In this document: positions 39,135 through 49,971 of the stretch, piece after piece
Layout: each line of letters begins with the position of its first letter
How positions within the stretch are numbered: position 1 is the stretch's first letter
Assembly (NCBI GenBank): GCA_963669175.1
Contig: OY769902.1
Coordinates: 3,168,001 to 3,232,000 of the forward strand
DNA length: 64,000 nucleotides
Direction of reading: 5' to 3'
Origin: a bacterium
Lineage (GTDB): Bacteria; Electryoneota; Electryoneia; Electryoneales; Electryoneaceae
The notes under the pieces: model-generated
Told to the model about the DNA's origin: nothing
Database searches by the model: none
The model's input: only the letters and a program-made list of their open reading frames with translations
Translations under genes and position numbers: made by a program

Positions 39135-40135
39135 GCATCCTGTTTCAACAGAATCGTGGGCTCTGGTGGGATGGTGATTCCTTCCATTTCATCGAGCAGA
39201 CACTTTTACCTTTCACGGAAAAGGTGATTGTTACTCGTGACTGGCGCGTGATTGTGGATGCGATCAAGCGTCTTGCGATTCGTGGCGCGCCTGCGATTGG
39301 AGTATCCGGGGCATACGCCAGTATTCTTGCGTTCCGTGAAGCAAAAGGGGAGATGAATCAATGGCGGGAATGGTCAAGCTTAATTGCAAAAGCTCGTCCA
39401 ACCGCTGTAAATCTTTCCTGGGCGATACAGAAGCTCCTGGATGCTTCGGATCAGTTCGAAGGGAATCCTGAAGACGCGATCCTGGCGACGGCGAACAAGA
39501 TTGCTTCTGACGATGAAGCCATGTGCGAGCAGATGGCAGAGCACGGGCTTGAAGTTGTACCGGAAGGCAGCAGCGCGCTGACCCATTGCAATACGGGCTT
39601 TCTGGTTACGTATGGAATAGGTACTTCGCTTGGTGTCCTGCGTCGTGCTCATGAAAAAGGCCGTCTGGAACAGGTTTATGCCTGCGAAGCGCGTCCTCTG
39701 GGACAAGGAGCACGATTGACGATGTGGGAGCTGGGGCGTCTTGGAATTCCGGGGACGTTACTGTGTGACAGCGCAGTTGGCAGGTTGATGCAGGATGGGA
39801 AGGTTGATTTTGTGATGCTGGGAGCGGACCGCATCGCGAGGAATGGTGATACGGCCAACAAAATCGGTACTTTTCAGCTTGCGGTTCTGGCTGACAGGTT
39901 TCATATTCCGTTTTATGTGGTTGCACCATCGAGCACGTTTGATCCTGCGGCACGTAACGGCGATGACATCCCAGTTGAATACAGAAGTGACGAAGAAGTC
40001 TGGAAGTACCAGGGCAACCAGGTTGCTCCGGCCGGTTCAGGTGCGTATAATCCGGCCTTTGATGTTACACCTAACGAGTTGATTTCAGCGATAATCCGTG
40101 AGGATGGCATAATAAAGCCACCTTATCGTTTTTAG
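39131..40135 (+). CDS. mtnA: S-methyl-5-thioribose-1-phosphate isomerase
   Basis: IRGAPAIG, ARPTAVNL, THCNTG, GADR, ANKIGT, NPAFDVTP. Confidence 0.93.
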   Translation: MSILFQQNRGLWWDGDSFHFIEQTLLPFTEKVIVTRDWRVIVDAIKRLAIRGAPAIGVSGAYASILAFREAKGEMNQWREWSSLIAKARPTAVNLSWAIQKLLDASDQFEGNPEDAILATANKIASDDEAMCEQMAEHGLEVVPEGSSALTHCNTGFLVTYGIGTSLGVLRRAHEKGRLEQVYACEARPLGQGARLTMWELGRLGIPGTLLCDSAVGRLMQDGKVDFVMLGADRIARNGDTANKIGTFQLAVLADRFHIPFYVVAPSSTFDPAARNGDDIPVEYRSDEEVWKYQGNQVAPAGSGAYNPAFDVTPNELISAIIREDGIIKPPYRF

Positions 40136-40206
40136 AAAGCAGCCTTGCACGAAGCAAAGAGGTGCGGCTATATTTTTTGATTCCAACGTACTTCGAGAGG
40201 GGGATC

Positions 40207-41316
40207 ATGTTTAAACATTCCGAACGTGTTCTGCTGATAGTGCTGGTACTGTCGTTCATGGCGCTCATGGTTGGTTGCCAGAGCAGCTATGTCCGTTCTG
40301 CCAAGATTTACTTGCAGCAGGATGACCCAAAGAACGCGAAAGAGGTTCTCCTCGAGGGCGCTCAAGCTACTCCTGGTGACCCCGCGATCTATTATTACCT
40401 GGGCAAGGTTCACTCTGATCTGAAAGAGTGGGCCCAGATGAACGATGCCTTTAACAAGGCCCAGGAGTTGACAGATCAGTATGATACTGACATCAAGGCC
40501 ACTCGCTATGAAGCGTGGCGTCAGTTGTTCAACTCTGCTGTCAAGCCCTTTAACAACTCCGATTTTGCCAAGGCGCTGGAGATTTTTCAGGTTGCGCTGG
40601 TGATTCGTCCTGGTGACTACGAAACCTTGAAGCGTATCGGGCTTTGTTACTTGCAGCTTGAGGATTTCGATAACGCGGAAGCCACATTCCTGGAAACGCT
40701 GGAAGCAGACACTTCCAATGCGGATATCCCGACTCGCGTTAACCTGTTGAACATCTACTTCACCAGGGAAGACTGGCAGAAGGTGCTGGATACGGCGAAT
40801 GACATTATCGCTATTGACGAGACCAAGATGGGTGACGTCACTGATCGCATGGCGATCGCTTACCAGCAGATGGACCAGACGGACAAAGCCATTGAGATGT
40901 GGGACAAGGTGATTGCACTGAATCCTGACGTGGCTGACTATTACTACAATAAAGGCCGTTTGCAGTATGTGACAGCAGCCAACATGGATCAGGAAGAGAA
41001 GGAAGCTTCCGATGCGATGATGGCAGATGCTGCGGCAACTTTCGCTCAAGCTGTAGCATTGAACCCGGAAGATGATGAATCGCGCAAGTTCATGATTAAT
41101 GCGCTGTTCCGTCTCCAGGACTGGCAGGGTATTGTCGATGCACTGGAGCCACTGCTTTTCGCAGATGGCGAAGTGACCATGATTGACAACCCTTATCCGG
41201 AAGTTGGTTACTGGCAGCGTCTCAAGATTGCCTATGCCAACCTGCAGATGCCGGAGAAAGCCAGGATTGCTGATGAAATCTCCAAGAAGCTTGAGGAGCA
41301 GCAGGGTGGCGCCTGA
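40207..41316 (+). CDS. TPR lipoprotein
   Basis: Lipobox MVGC; repeated TPR helices. Confidence 0.85.
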   Translation: MFKHSERVLLIVLVLSFMALMVGCQSSYVRSAKIYLQQDDPKNAKEVLLEGAQATPGDPAIYYYLGKVHSDLKEWAQMNDAFNKAQELTDQYDTDIKATRYEAWRQLFNSAVKPFNNSDFAKALEIFQVALVIRPGDYETLKRIGLCYLQLEDFDNAEATFLETLEADTSNADIPTRVNLLNIYFTREDWQKVLDTANDIIAIDETKMGDVTDRMAIAYQQMDQTDKAIEMWDKVIALNPDVADYYYNKGRLQYVTAANMDQEEKEASDAMMADAAATFAQAVALNPEDDESRKFMINALFRLQDWQGIVDALEPLLFADGEVTMIDNPYPEVGYWQRLKIAYANLQMPEKARIADEISKKLEEQQGGA

Positions 41317-41331
41317 TTTTTAGTGTAACAC

Positions 41332-41394
41332 GGGGCCACGACGGCAAGTCAAATGATTCAGTTCATGCATGACTTGAGGTCGTGGCCTCTTTTT
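41332..41394 (+). terminator. Long hairpin terminator between TPR gene and uppS
   Basis: GGGGCCACGAC/GTCGTGGCCTC outer stem, CAAGTCA/TGACTTG inner stem, T-run. Confidence 0.7.
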
Positions 41395-41424
41395 CTACTG
41401 TAAAAGAGGTATCCTGAGAGTGTA

Positions 41425-42174
41425 ATGGCCAAAGCAGATACAAACCAGTTATTAGCCCGGGTAAAGGAACTGGATTCGTTACCCAGGCATATTGCTTTTA
41501 TCATGGATGGGAACGGCCGATGGGCGAAAAAGAGAAATCTGCCCAGGGCATTAGGACACAAGGAAGGTGTCAATTCTGTTCGTGAAATGGTAGAAGCGGG
41601 GGGAGAACTCGGTATAGACGTGATGACGTTTTATACCTTTTCGGTCGAAAACTGGAAACGCCCTGCCCGTGAAGTATCTGCTCTGATGAAACTGCTGGTC
41701 TCAACACTGCGCCGGGAAGTGGATGACCTGGACAAGAATAACGTACAGTTACGTGTTATTGGTCGCCTGACAGATCTGCCGGAAAGCACACGTCATGATT
41801 TTGATGTTGCGGTTGACCGCCTGAAAAAGAATACCGGCCTGGTTCTGAACCTTGCCTTATCGTATGGCAGCAGGCAGGAGATGGTTGAAGCAGTAAATAA
41901 ACTTCTCCAGGAAAAGAAAGAACAAATCACTGAAGAGGATTTTGCTAACGCGCTTTACACGACCGGGTTACCTGATCCTGATCTTCTGATTCGGACTTCA
42001 GGCGAATTCAGACTTAGCAATTTCTATTTGTGGCAATGTGCCTACACCGAGCTGTATATCACCAATGTTTTCTGGCCCGATTTCCGTAAGCCTAACCTGT
42101 ATCAGGCAATCCTGGACTATACACACCGGGAACGCAGATTCGGATGTACTAGCGAACAACTGGGTGAAACTTGA
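41425..42174 (+). CDS. uppS: Undecaprenyl diphosphate synthase
   Basis: IMDGNGRWA, FSVENWKR, LIRTSGEFRLSNF. Confidence 0.96.
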   Translation: MAKADTNQLLARVKELDSLPRHIAFIMDGNGRWAKKRNLPRALGHKEGVNSVREMVEAGGELGIDVMTFYTFSVENWKRPAREVSALMKLLVSTLRREVDDLDKNNVQLRVIGRLTDLPESTRHDFDVAVDRLKKNTGLVLNLALSYGSRQEMVEAVNKLLQEKKEQITEEDFANALYTTGLPDPDLLIRTSGEFRLSNFYLWQCAYTELYITNVFWPDFRKPNLYQAILDYTHRERRFGCTSEQLGET

Positions 42175-42866
42175 GTTCTGAAGATATCACACAGAATCCA
42201 CAGGAACGCTTTGGCGATATCTGGCTGGAAGACGCCAGTTTTCCCGCTGTGTTGCCGCGATCTACCGAAGAAGTCATGAGTGTGATCGATTGGGCGCGTC
42301 AGAGCGGTTGGCGAGTGCTTCCTGTGGGGCGTGGTCATCATTTCCCCTCCAGTTTTTCAGTTCCCAATTCCGTATTGACAGTCGTTACACTGGCTCGTGA
42401 TGGTGTATCCGATCCCGATCCGCGAGACCTGGTGCTTGAAGCTGAAACAGGTGTTCCCGCAAACCTGGCAAAAGAGCTTGCTGCGCAGGCTGGATTTCGG
42501 CTGGAGGGATGGCCTGAAGACTATCCTGGAACGGTTGGCGGGGTATTATGTGGCGAGAAAGGAGTATCACTGCGTCACCTGGTTCTCGGGGCAGACATTG
42601 TGGATGGACGTGCTCGTTGTCTTCGGTTTGGCGGACGTGTACGGAAAAATGTCGCAGGCTTTGACGTGGGAGGGTTGCTGCTGGGAAGCCGTGGGCGCAT
42701 GGCCTGGCTGGATCGTGTCTATCTCAAGCTGACTCCACTGAAAGCCCCGTCAACAGCATACCGTCCGTCTTCATTGCGTACATCGCCGGAGCAGGGAACT
42801 GACAGGGAACTTGCTGTGGCAAATGCGATGGATCCTGATCAAGTGTTTCTGAAGACATTCGCCTGA
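42171..42866 (+). CDS. Short FAD-binding oxidoreductase (GlcE-like)
   Basis: FAD_binding_4-like N-terminus; GTVGG, GGRVRKNVAGFD, GSRG. Confidence 0.75.
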   Translation: MSSEDITQNPQERFGDIWLEDASFPAVLPRSTEEVMSVIDWARQSGWRVLPVGRGHHFPSSFSVPNSVLTVVTLARDGVSDPDPRDLVLEAETGVPANLAKELAAQAGFRLEGWPEDYPGTVGGVLCGEKGVSLRHLVLGADIVDGRARCLRFGGRVRKNVAGFDVGGLLLGSRGRMAWLDRVYLKLTPLKAPSTAYRPSSLRTSPEQGTDRELAVANAMDPDQVFLKTFA

Positions 42867-42874
42867 GGGCTGAA

Positions 42875-45800
42875 ATGTCACGGAAACAGTGGATAGTTCT
42901 ACTCGCAACCATACTGCTGACATTCTCCACAGCAGTATTTCTCGTTATTCACTACCTGAACGATTCCCATTTTATCAGGAACCGAATACTGGAATTGACA
43001 GGTCAGCTTCCAGGCGAACTTGTTATTGATGACGCTGTTTTCCGGCTATCAACTTTTACAGTACATGGGCTGCATTATACCAGCCATGATTCCAGTATTG
43101 TGGCTGATATCGCGGAAATACGGCTATTATTGTATTACCCGAATCTTTTACAGCGTCCGGTAAAACTTCAGCGACTGGTGCGTGAAGTTTCTCTCCTGGA
43201 ACCGAGTATAGCAGTAAGGCTTGGTGGGGGGGAGGCAGCAGTTGGCGATACATCTGGGACGGTTAATGATACAAGCGGGACAATCACGAGCTTTGCTGAT
43301 CTGGATCATCTTGAACAGCTTTATATCCAGGATGGGCGAATAAGTGTTGTTGCTGGCGGCGGCAGCGAGATTGCTTCCTTGTCGAACCTGGATTCATGGA
43401 TTCACTCTGCCGACCTGGAAAATACGACCTTTGGTGTTTCCGGGATGGCCAATGACGATTCAACAGCGGTATTTTCGCTGTCCGGCACGACCAACCTGAT
43501 TGACTTGCAAGCGTCTATCGAAGTTTCCCTGGATACTCTGGATTTCGAAACGATAACGATTCCAGTGAAAGACGTGTATGATGTTGAGGGCGAACTCGCA
43601 TTTCAGGCAAACCTGGATTGGGACAGGGGCGGATGGTCGGGAAATGGAGAGTTCCACCTGGAAAAGGGAGCGCTCAAAATTCTTGGCGGTCCCGTTATTG
43701 ACAGAATTGAGTTCAATTCCGAACTGAAAGACCAGGATGTTACGGGGTCGGGCAAGTGTCATCTTGAAGGTGACCTGATATCATTTGATGGCTATATGAC
43801 ATTGCGTGATCCCATTCAGGCTGAAGTCTTCGGACATGCGGCAAAAGGGATTCTGGGAAAATATCTCATTAAATTTGCAGAGCTTAAACCACATGAAGCG
43901 CCAATTGGCAGTATGGATGTTGACGCGCACCTGTTGTGGAAACCGTCCCAGGGCATTTTTCAGCCGACAGCTCATGCCACCTCAGATTCCATGATGATCG
44001 TGATCGGTCCGGTACGTGATATCAGCGCGGATGTCGAATGGCGTCAGGATAATCACCGGATGTATTTCAGGAATGTAAACGCTACCTGGTTCGGCATGGA
44101 TGTTAATGGATCAGGTGTCTGGCGGCCTACAGAACGGAAACGGTTTGATACAGATTTGCGTGTCAATGGCCTGGTTGATCCTGCCGGACTGCCGCCAATC
44201 GCCAAACACTTGAACTTGATTCATCCCGATGTCGCAGTCGATATCAGTATGCGTGTACCCGGACGTGGGTGGTTGATTACGGGGGATGGACGAGTTACAT
44301 CGACAGGCTCCAGCGACATTGCTGATTTTAAAGGCTGGTATACGAAAGACGGGCTTGAGGCTGAACTTGAACTGTATTCACAGCCGCAATTCGGGAAGGT
44401 TCATGTAACCCATAATGTACACAAATCATACAAGTGGGAGGTGGAAGGACCACAATTCCTGGCAGAATGGTACAGCCCGGATATCGCATTCTCCGGCTTC
44501 TTGAAGGAACTGCGCGTCAAAGGCAATATTGATGTACTGGACAAGCATTATTCTTCGAATATCAGGATTGAGCACCCGGATAGCCGCACTAGTCTTGCCT
44601 TGTTCGGTATGTTGCGCGAATCAAATGGTTCCGATTTCAATGGACTGTTCAGTTACAACCTGAATCGGGGAAAAACAGCTATTGGAAATGGTGACTTTGA
44701 CGTGAGCTATCAGAATAATATATTGCGAGTTGAAGCACTAAAATTCAAGGATTACATTCATGCACATGGTGGCTACAATTTCACGACTGGCATGTTTGAT
44801 TCCACCATCATCCAGATAACCGATCTTGACCTGCACGATGTTGTGAGCCGGGCTACCTTGAGGTCCGTTGATAATGTTGCCGGTCAGATTGATGGCAAGG
44901 TTACTTTTATCGGATCAATGAAAAAGCCGGTGTTGTTTGCAGAGCTGGAATTACGTGATGGCAGTGTCGGTAACTTGAATGGCTACTGGGCTCTTTTGTC
45001 AGCTTCAACCGATACAAGCGGTGACCTGCGAATTAGGCGTGGTGAATTCGGAAAGGCTGAAGCTGCATTGATCAGTATTTCGGGCGGGTATAACATCCCT
45101 GCCGATTCGTTGCATGCAAACCTGAAAACCATGAATCGGAATGCTTCAGTCCTCAGCGATGGCATTCTTGGCGATCCTGCCTTGTTGAAGGGGGATTTGA
45201 ATATTGACGTAGCTTTTTCGGGGCAACTGGATCTGCCTGCCTGGCATTCACGCATCTTCTGGGAAAATGCTGAAGTTGCCGGAATACTGTTTGATACCAT
45301 TCGTGTAGATTTGAGCGGCAGCACCAACCGGCGGTTGGGGCATGTTGTCCGGATCAGGGAATGCGAAATGGTGAAAACGAACGATTACTCTTTCCAGATG
45401 GCTGGCGCTGTCCCAATCGGACAGAGCGCCGGTCTGGTGTCAATGAATCTGAAAGGTAATGTTCTCAAGGTTTTACCGCAAATTACGCCGTTTATTCTGG
45501 AAGGGGATGGGCAGGGGGAGATCGCTACAACATGGACTGTCGTTGGTGGAGAACAATTTATCATTGGTGAGTCTATACTGTCAATTAAAGACGGATTTCT
45601 ACGATTCGATGATGTTTTGAGACCTGTTGATAAACTGCACGTGGACTTGTCTATTGATCAGGAAGGAGCTTTATCAATTGACAGTCTGACAGGTGTTTTC
45701 AACGAAACAACACTTTTCGAGATCAGAAATTTAAAATCCGGCGAAGGAAAACCAAACCCGGATTGGCATCCTATTCTCATCAATGACATTGGTTTGGATA

Positions 45801-47449
45801 TTGGAATTCTGCAGTTGCATACGCGCGGTGAGACTGGTCTTCCTATCCGGATTCCAGGTGTGAATCCACGCGGTGAATATTTTTCTCTCTCTATCCAGGG
45901 GAAGCATGCGGAGAGGCGCAGCCAGGGATTTTTTGAATCTCTATTCCAGGTTGGTCAGGGAGTAGATATTGCAGAAAATCAAACACAAAACCCGGCAATA
46001 GTGGAAGACAGCTCGCTGGTTGAGGAACAGAAAGACGCCGGGAACTGGTTTTATATTTCCGGTCCGCCAGCCCACAAGCCAATACTGATGCCGCTTGAGG
46101 AGATCGAGAAAGAAGAGCCCCAGGGGATAGCGGCAGATCAGAATTCACAATTTTTACAGGACTCGTTGTCCGGAGAAAGCACGAAGAATGCCACGGTGGC
46201 TTTGACGACACGAGAGTCATTAAAGGCTCAACTTAAAACTACTGACGAGTTCAGGCGTTTCATATCTGACGTACGTACTTCTCTCGGCACAAGTGGGAGA
46301 AATGCGGTAAAAGATACAGTGAACACGGAATCAGAGGCAGGCCTCTTGTTCAGCGGCGCCATGGTTGTGTCGGATTTCCGGGGAACATTCCCGGCGCAGG
46401 CAGAGGGGCCGGTTAAACCTGATCGCAGACCGGATGTTGTTGAGAGGATTCTACTGGCTGCACGTTGGAATGTTGATGCCTATGTAAGCCAGAATGTAAC
46501 GTATATTCGTGATATTATAGGATTAAAGGATTCTGAATATCTTGAAGAATTTCAAGGATTTATTGACAGAATCAGTGTTGAAGCGCGTATAGATCCGACA
46601 GCGCCGGGATCGCCAGTACAGGTCAGTGGCTCAGCGGGAGATAATACGCTACGGTTACTTGGCAACCTCCGTTCGACATCCGGAACCGTAGATTTTCTGG
46701 ATCAGACTTTTCAGGTCGAAACGGTTGAACTGGAGTTCGATCGTTCTGATGTGAACCCGGTTGTCAGTGGTCGGGCAACAGTGGAGGTTCTTGACCGCCT
46801 GGGATTTCCGCAAACTTATTACCTGACAATGTTTGTAAAGGATCTGGAGACCGGTCAGAAGACGCGACGTGGTCGTTGGGGGGATTTAACCTTCGGTCTG
46901 GAAGATGATCTCGGTTCGACACAGGAAGCTATTCTTGATTCCATGGGATTTTCTGCAAGAAGTTTCCAGGAAGATGGACGACTTGAAGAACTGGGTGGAA
47001 CCCTGATTGAGCGTGAGCTGATGAGACGTTGGCTACGGCCGGTGGAGAGGGATGTGGCTCGTTTTCTGGGGCTCAGTCACGTTCGGTTCGATCCCATGTT
47101 GACCCAGAATCTTTTCTCTTCACCCAACGCGGAAGATCTGTGGACGCAAACGAATATCAATTCAGAAGTCACTATGATGCAGCGCTATTCCGGTGGAACA
47201 AGGTTGACGCTGGGAAAGTATGTTACGAGGGATCTTTATCTTAGCTACACAGGGCAAATTGGCAGGGAGATCGACTATGAAGATCCGACAGCTCAGGGAC
47301 GCCGAGGCTATTTACAGACATGGACGGCTACCTATCGGATGAGTCGGATTTCTCCCAATCTCGTTCTGGATGGACGCTGGGAATATGACAACCTGGAGAA
47401 ACTGGACAACAGATCTATCCGGGTAAAGTATAATTTCAGTGTTGAATAA
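42875..47449 (+). CDS. TamB/AsmA-like large periplasmic protein
   Basis: 1524 aa, N-terminal TM anchor, beta-rich, C-terminal LGKYVTRDLYLSY-type strands; directly upstream of bamA. Confidence 0.7.
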   Translation: MSRKQWIVLLATILLTFSTAVFLVIHYLNDSHFIRNRILELTGQLPGELVIDDAVFRLSTFTVHGLHYTSHDSSIVADIAEIRLLLYYPNLLQRPVKLQRLVREVSLLEPSIAVRLGGGEAAVGDTSGTVNDTSGTITSFADLDHLEQLYIQDGRISVVAGGGSEIASLSNLDSWIHSADLENTTFGVSGMANDDSTAVFSLSGTTNLIDLQASIEVSLDTLDFETITIPVKDVYDVEGELAFQANLDWDRGGWSGNGEFHLEKGALKILGGPVIDRIEFNSELKDQDVTGSGKCHLEGDLISFDGYMTLRDPIQAEVFGHAAKGILGKYLIKFAELKPHEAPIGSMDVDAHLLWKPSQGIFQPTAHATSDSMMIVIGPVRDISADVEWRQDNHRMYFRNVNATWFGMDVNGSGVWRPTERKRFDTDLRVNGLVDPAGLPPIAKHLNLIHPDVAVDISMRVPGRGWLITGDGRVTSTGSSDIADFKGWYTKDGLEAELELYSQPQFGKVHVTHNVHKSYKWEVEGPQFLAEWYSPDIAFSGFLKELRVKGNIDVLDKHYSSNIRIEHPDSRTSLALFGMLRESNGSDFNGLFSYNLNRGKTAIGNGDFDVSYQNNILRVEALKFKDYIHAHGGYNFTTGMFDSTIIQITDLDLHDVVSRATLRSVDNVAGQIDGKVTFIGSMKKPVLFAELELRDGSVGNLNGYWALLSASTDTSGDLRIRRGEFGKAEAALISISGGYNIPADSLHANLKTMNRNASVLSDGILGDPALLKGDLNIDVAFSGQLDLPAWHSRIFWENAEVAGILFDTIRVDLSGSTNRRLGHVVRIRECEMVKTNDYSFQMAGAVPIGQSAGLVSMNLKGNVLKVLPQITPFILEGDGQGEIATTWTVVGGEQFIIGESILSIKDGFLRFDDVLRPVDKLHVDLSIDQEGALSIDSLTGVFNETTLFEIRNLKSGEGKPNPDWHPILINDIGLDIGILQLHTRGETGLPIRIPGVNPRGEYFSLSIQGKHAERRSQGFFESLFQVGQGVDIAENQTQNPAIVEDSSLVEEQKDAGNWFYISGPPAHKPILMPLEEIEKEEPQGIAADQNSQFLQDSLSGESTKNATVALTTRESLKAQLKTTDEFRRFISDVRTSLGTSGRNAVKDTVNTESEAGLLFSGAMVVSDFRGTFPAQAEGPVKPDRRPDVVERILLAARWNVDAYVSQNVTYIRDIIGLKDSEYLEEFQGFIDRISVEARIDPTAPGSPVQVSGSAGDNTLRLLGNLRSTSGTVDFLDQTFQVETVELEFDRSDVNPVVSGRATVEVLDRLGFPQTYYLTMFVKDLETGQKTRRGRWGDLTFGLEDDLGSTQEAILDSMGFSARSFQEDGRLEELGGTLIERELMRRWLRPVERDVARFLGLSHVRFDPMLTQNLFSSPNAEDLWTQTNINSEVTMMQRYSGGTRLTLGKYVTRDLYLSYTGQIGREIDYEDPTAQGRRGYLQTWTATYRMSRISPNLVLDGRWEYDNLEKLDNRSIRVKYNFSVE

Positions 47450-47470
47450 CGGGTTTTATGGAGCCTTGCG

Positions 47471-47495
47471 GGAACACATTTTTGGGAAAGACGTT
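47471..47495 (+). promoter_or_regulatory. ECF-type promoter upstream of bamA operon
   Basis: GGAAC-N16-CGTT in tamB-bamA intergenic region. Confidence 0.6.
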
Positions 47496-47604
47496 CAGTA
47501 GACAATACATTCGCGGGATTGCTTCAGAGAGTTTTTGCACTCTTTACTTTGCTGGGGTCGCTCCGTAACTTCACAAATTCCAGTTTTCACGGTTAAAACG
47601 GCTT

Positions 47605-49944
47605 ATGTGGCTACAAAAAAAACACTCCTTTGTATTTGTATTTCTTGCGCTTTCACTGGTGTTCTTGAATGCGGCGCCGGTGTCTGCTCAACAACCCCAG
47701 GGGATTCAGGTCCTGGGTGTGCGTGTTGAAGGCGCAATCACCGCTGATCCCGGATTGGTCATCGCCAATTCAGGCCTGGTTGTTGGCCGGGAGATCATGG
47801 GTGAGGATATTCAGCAGGCGATCAAACGGATCTGGGCGCTCAAGTTGTTCAGGAATGTGGAAATCCTGATCGAACGTGAAGTCGCTGACGGCGCCTTTTT
47901 CCTGATTCGAGTCGAAGAGTATCCTCGTCTTGAAACCGTGAAAGTCGAAGGAAACAAAAAGCTGAAGCGTCGCGAGATTGAGGATATGCTGGACCTGTAT
48001 AAAGGCCAGGTGCTTCGTCCTGCGAGAATAACGAGCTCAATCGAGAAGCTGAAGGACAAATACGCGGAAAAGGGATACCTGCTTGCAGAAATCGAATACG
48101 AGGTGTTTGATACTGAGCAGGATACAATGCAGAAAGGGCTTCGGATAGTAATCAAAGAAGGGAAGAAAGTCCGGATTAAAGAGATTGAGTTTTATGGAAA
48201 CGAAGCATTCACAGACAAAAAACTGCGTGGCACATTTGATAAAACCAAGCGGAAAAGCCTTTTCCGCAGCGGTTCCTATGATCCGGTCGAATTTGAGATG
48301 GACCTTGACCTGTTGATCGCTTTTTATCACAATCATGGCTACCGTGATGCCCATGTTGTTTCAGACTCCATATCCTATACGGATGATCTGAAACGCATGA
48401 TTCTCCATATCACCGTGGAAGAAGGGACGCAGTATAAATTCGGCGACATCAGTTTCGAAGGGAATACGCTTTTCTCAAATGATGAACTGATGGCGCAGCT
48501 TGCTTTCAAGCCGGGGGATATTTACAGCGAAGAAGAATTGAACTTCACCGCTTCCGAAAGACTTGGAAGTTTGTATTATGATAAAGGCTATATATATTCT
48601 CAGATAGAGCCGATTCTTACACCAGTGGGTGAAGATACGGTTAATGTTCATTTCAGCGTTCGGGAAGGAAACCAGTTCAAGGTTCGCCAGATTCATATCA
48701 TCGGAAATGACCGAACCAAGGAGAAGGTCATTCGTCGTGAAATGGTGTTGTACCCGGGCGAGACTTTTGATGTTTCCAAGCTGCGTCGTAGTGTGCGTGA
48801 AATTACCATCCTGAACTATTTCGGCAACATTATTCCTGATGTTCAGCCTGTAAGCGACAATGAAGTTGACCTGTATATGGAAGTCGAAGAGAAACCGACA
48901 GACCAGGCCAACCTTGCGGCAGGTTATAGCGAGCTGGATGGTATGATCGGTTCTGTAGGCTTTACCATGCCGAACCTGTTTGGCAGCGGGCAGTCATTCA
49001 GCCTGGACTGGAACTTCGGGCAGGTCTACAGAAGCTTCTCCATCAGTTATACCGAACCCTGGGTCTTTGATACGCCGACGCTGGCGGGTGTCAGCCTTTA
49101 TGATATCCGTCGCGGTGGCACATACTATGGGTTTGATGAACATGTCATTGGCGCCAGTTTCCGTGTAGGTCGCCGGTTCCGTTGGCCTGATGACTATTTC
49201 CGTGGTGACTGGATTTACCGAATTGAACGTGACTTGTACGACAACTTCACGGACTCATTTAAAGAATACAATATTCAGTCGTTACAGGAAGGCATTCCTC
49301 GTTTCAGCAGTTCACTGACCACGATTATATCACGGGATAGCCGTGATAATGCGGAATTTCCATCACGAGGTAGTGTACATTCCTATTCAATCGAACTGGC
49401 AGGCAGTGTGCTTGGCGGGGATGACCAGTTTGTGAAGCAGATCGGCAGTTCCGAATGGTATTTCCCGCTGGTAAGCAGGTTGGTGCTTTATTCATCCAGT
49501 AAATTCGGCATTATTCATCCATTGACAAATAATCCTGGCGATATTCCCTACATTGATTTCTTCTTCATGGGGGGGAGCGGTTTGAGCTACGGTGAGCCGC
49601 TGCGTGGGTACGAAGATCGTGCTGTCGGTCCACGCACGACTGTCGGTGGCTATTCTGTGGGCGGCAAGACATTATTCAAACAAAGCCTGGAATTGCGTGT
49701 TCCCATCATTGACAATCCCACAGTCTTTATATTAAGCTTTGTAGATGCTGGAAATACGTGGCTTACGCCGGCGGAAACCAATCTTAGTGATCTTCGTCGA
49801 TCAGCCGGTGTAGGCGTAAGGTTGTACATGCCGTTTATAGGTCTGATTGGTCTCGACTACGGGTATGGATTTGACTATTCAGCCGCTGACGGAACACGCA
49901 AGGGAGAGTGGGTGCCCCACTTCCAGTTTGGACGGACATTCTAA
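47605..49944 (+). CDS. bamA: Outer membrane protein assembly factor BamA
   Basis: POTRA repeats (GNKKL, GYRDA, GNDRTKEKVIRRE), LRGYEDR motif, C-terminal Phe. Confidence 0.95.
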   Translation: MWLQKKHSFVFVFLALSLVFLNAAPVSAQQPQGIQVLGVRVEGAITADPGLVIANSGLVVGREIMGEDIQQAIKRIWALKLFRNVEILIEREVADGAFFLIRVEEYPRLETVKVEGNKKLKRREIEDMLDLYKGQVLRPARITSSIEKLKDKYAEKGYLLAEIEYEVFDTEQDTMQKGLRIVIKEGKKVRIKEIEFYGNEAFTDKKLRGTFDKTKRKSLFRSGSYDPVEFEMDLDLLIAFYHNHGYRDAHVVSDSISYTDDLKRMILHITVEEGTQYKFGDISFEGNTLFSNDELMAQLAFKPGDIYSEEELNFTASERLGSLYYDKGYIYSQIEPILTPVGEDTVNVHFSVREGNQFKVRQIHIIGNDRTKEKVIRREMVLYPGETFDVSKLRRSVREITILNYFGNIIPDVQPVSDNEVDLYMEVEEKPTDQANLAAGYSELDGMIGSVGFTMPNLFGSGQSFSLDWNFGQVYRSFSISYTEPWVFDTPTLAGVSLYDIRRGGTYYGFDEHVIGASFRVGRRFRWPDDYFRGDWIYRIERDLYDNFTDSFKEYNIQSLQEGIPRFSSSLTTIISRDSRDNAEFPSRGSVHSYSIELAGSVLGGDDQFVKQIGSSEWYFPLVSRLVLYSSSKFGIIHPLTNNPGDIPYIDFFFMGGSGLSYGEPLRGYEDRAVGPRTTVGGYSVGGKTLFKQSLELRVPIIDNPTVFILSFVDAGNTWLTPAETNLSDLRRSAGVGVRLYMPFIGLIGLDYGYGFDYSAADGTRKGEWVPHFQFGRTF

Positions 49945-49971
49945 CAGTTTCGGGTAGAGGGAGTGATAAAG

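Noticed and set aside
40168-41049. Long antisense ORFs (293 aa here; also 32367-33128, 51695-52513, 28417-29076)
   Set aside because: Shadow frames opposite well-supported genes, with no recognisable motifs
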